Assembly (NCBI GenBank): GCA_001949185.1
Contig: BDGG01000010.1
Span: forward strand, 28,394 to 92,393
Direction of reading: 5' to 3'
DNA length: 64,000 nucleotides
Source: Ramazzottius varieornatus
Taxonomy: Eukaryota; Animalia; Tardigrada
The translations under genes were made by a program, and so were the position numbers. The notes below the pieces were generated by a model. That model did no database searches, was not told the DNA's origin, and was given only the letters and a program-made list of their open reading frames with translations. Every line of letters begins with the position of its first letter. Positions within the stretch are counted from its first letter, which is position 1. Shown in pieces: positions 63,974 through 64,000 of this stretch.

Positions 63974-64000
63974 CCGGTCGAATTTGTCCGCCGAACTCTC

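Overview
Eukaryotic DNA from a compact animal genome with short GT-AG introns and one 50-N scaffold gap. The gene families present (cyclase-less ANF-receptor-like protein, divergent class A GPCR, corazonin/GnRH-type precursor) suggest a tardigrade or similar ecdysozoan; this is inference only. The left 25 kb is gene-dense: a BTB protein, a microbial-type Zn peptidase with an animal promoter and intron (HGT candidate), a secreted Tyr/His/Asp-repeat precursor, SMC5, PNISR, a small membrane ORF, GAS2-like and UFD1. The region from about 24.6 to 61.7 kb is largely transposon debris: three pogo elements (one apparently intact), nested hATs, MITEs, a ~650-bp near-perfect inverted duplication, and GPCR, ANF-receptor and BTB pseudogenes. 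The right end holds a corazonin-like precursor and an RG-rich exon. The most notable observations are the domesticated peptidoglycan-peptidase-like gene, a hAT-linked cysteine protease exon with permuted adenain-like motif order, a ~80-bp hairpin repeat in many SMC5 introns, and the secreted GDD-repeat precursor. All calls were made by eye without database searches.
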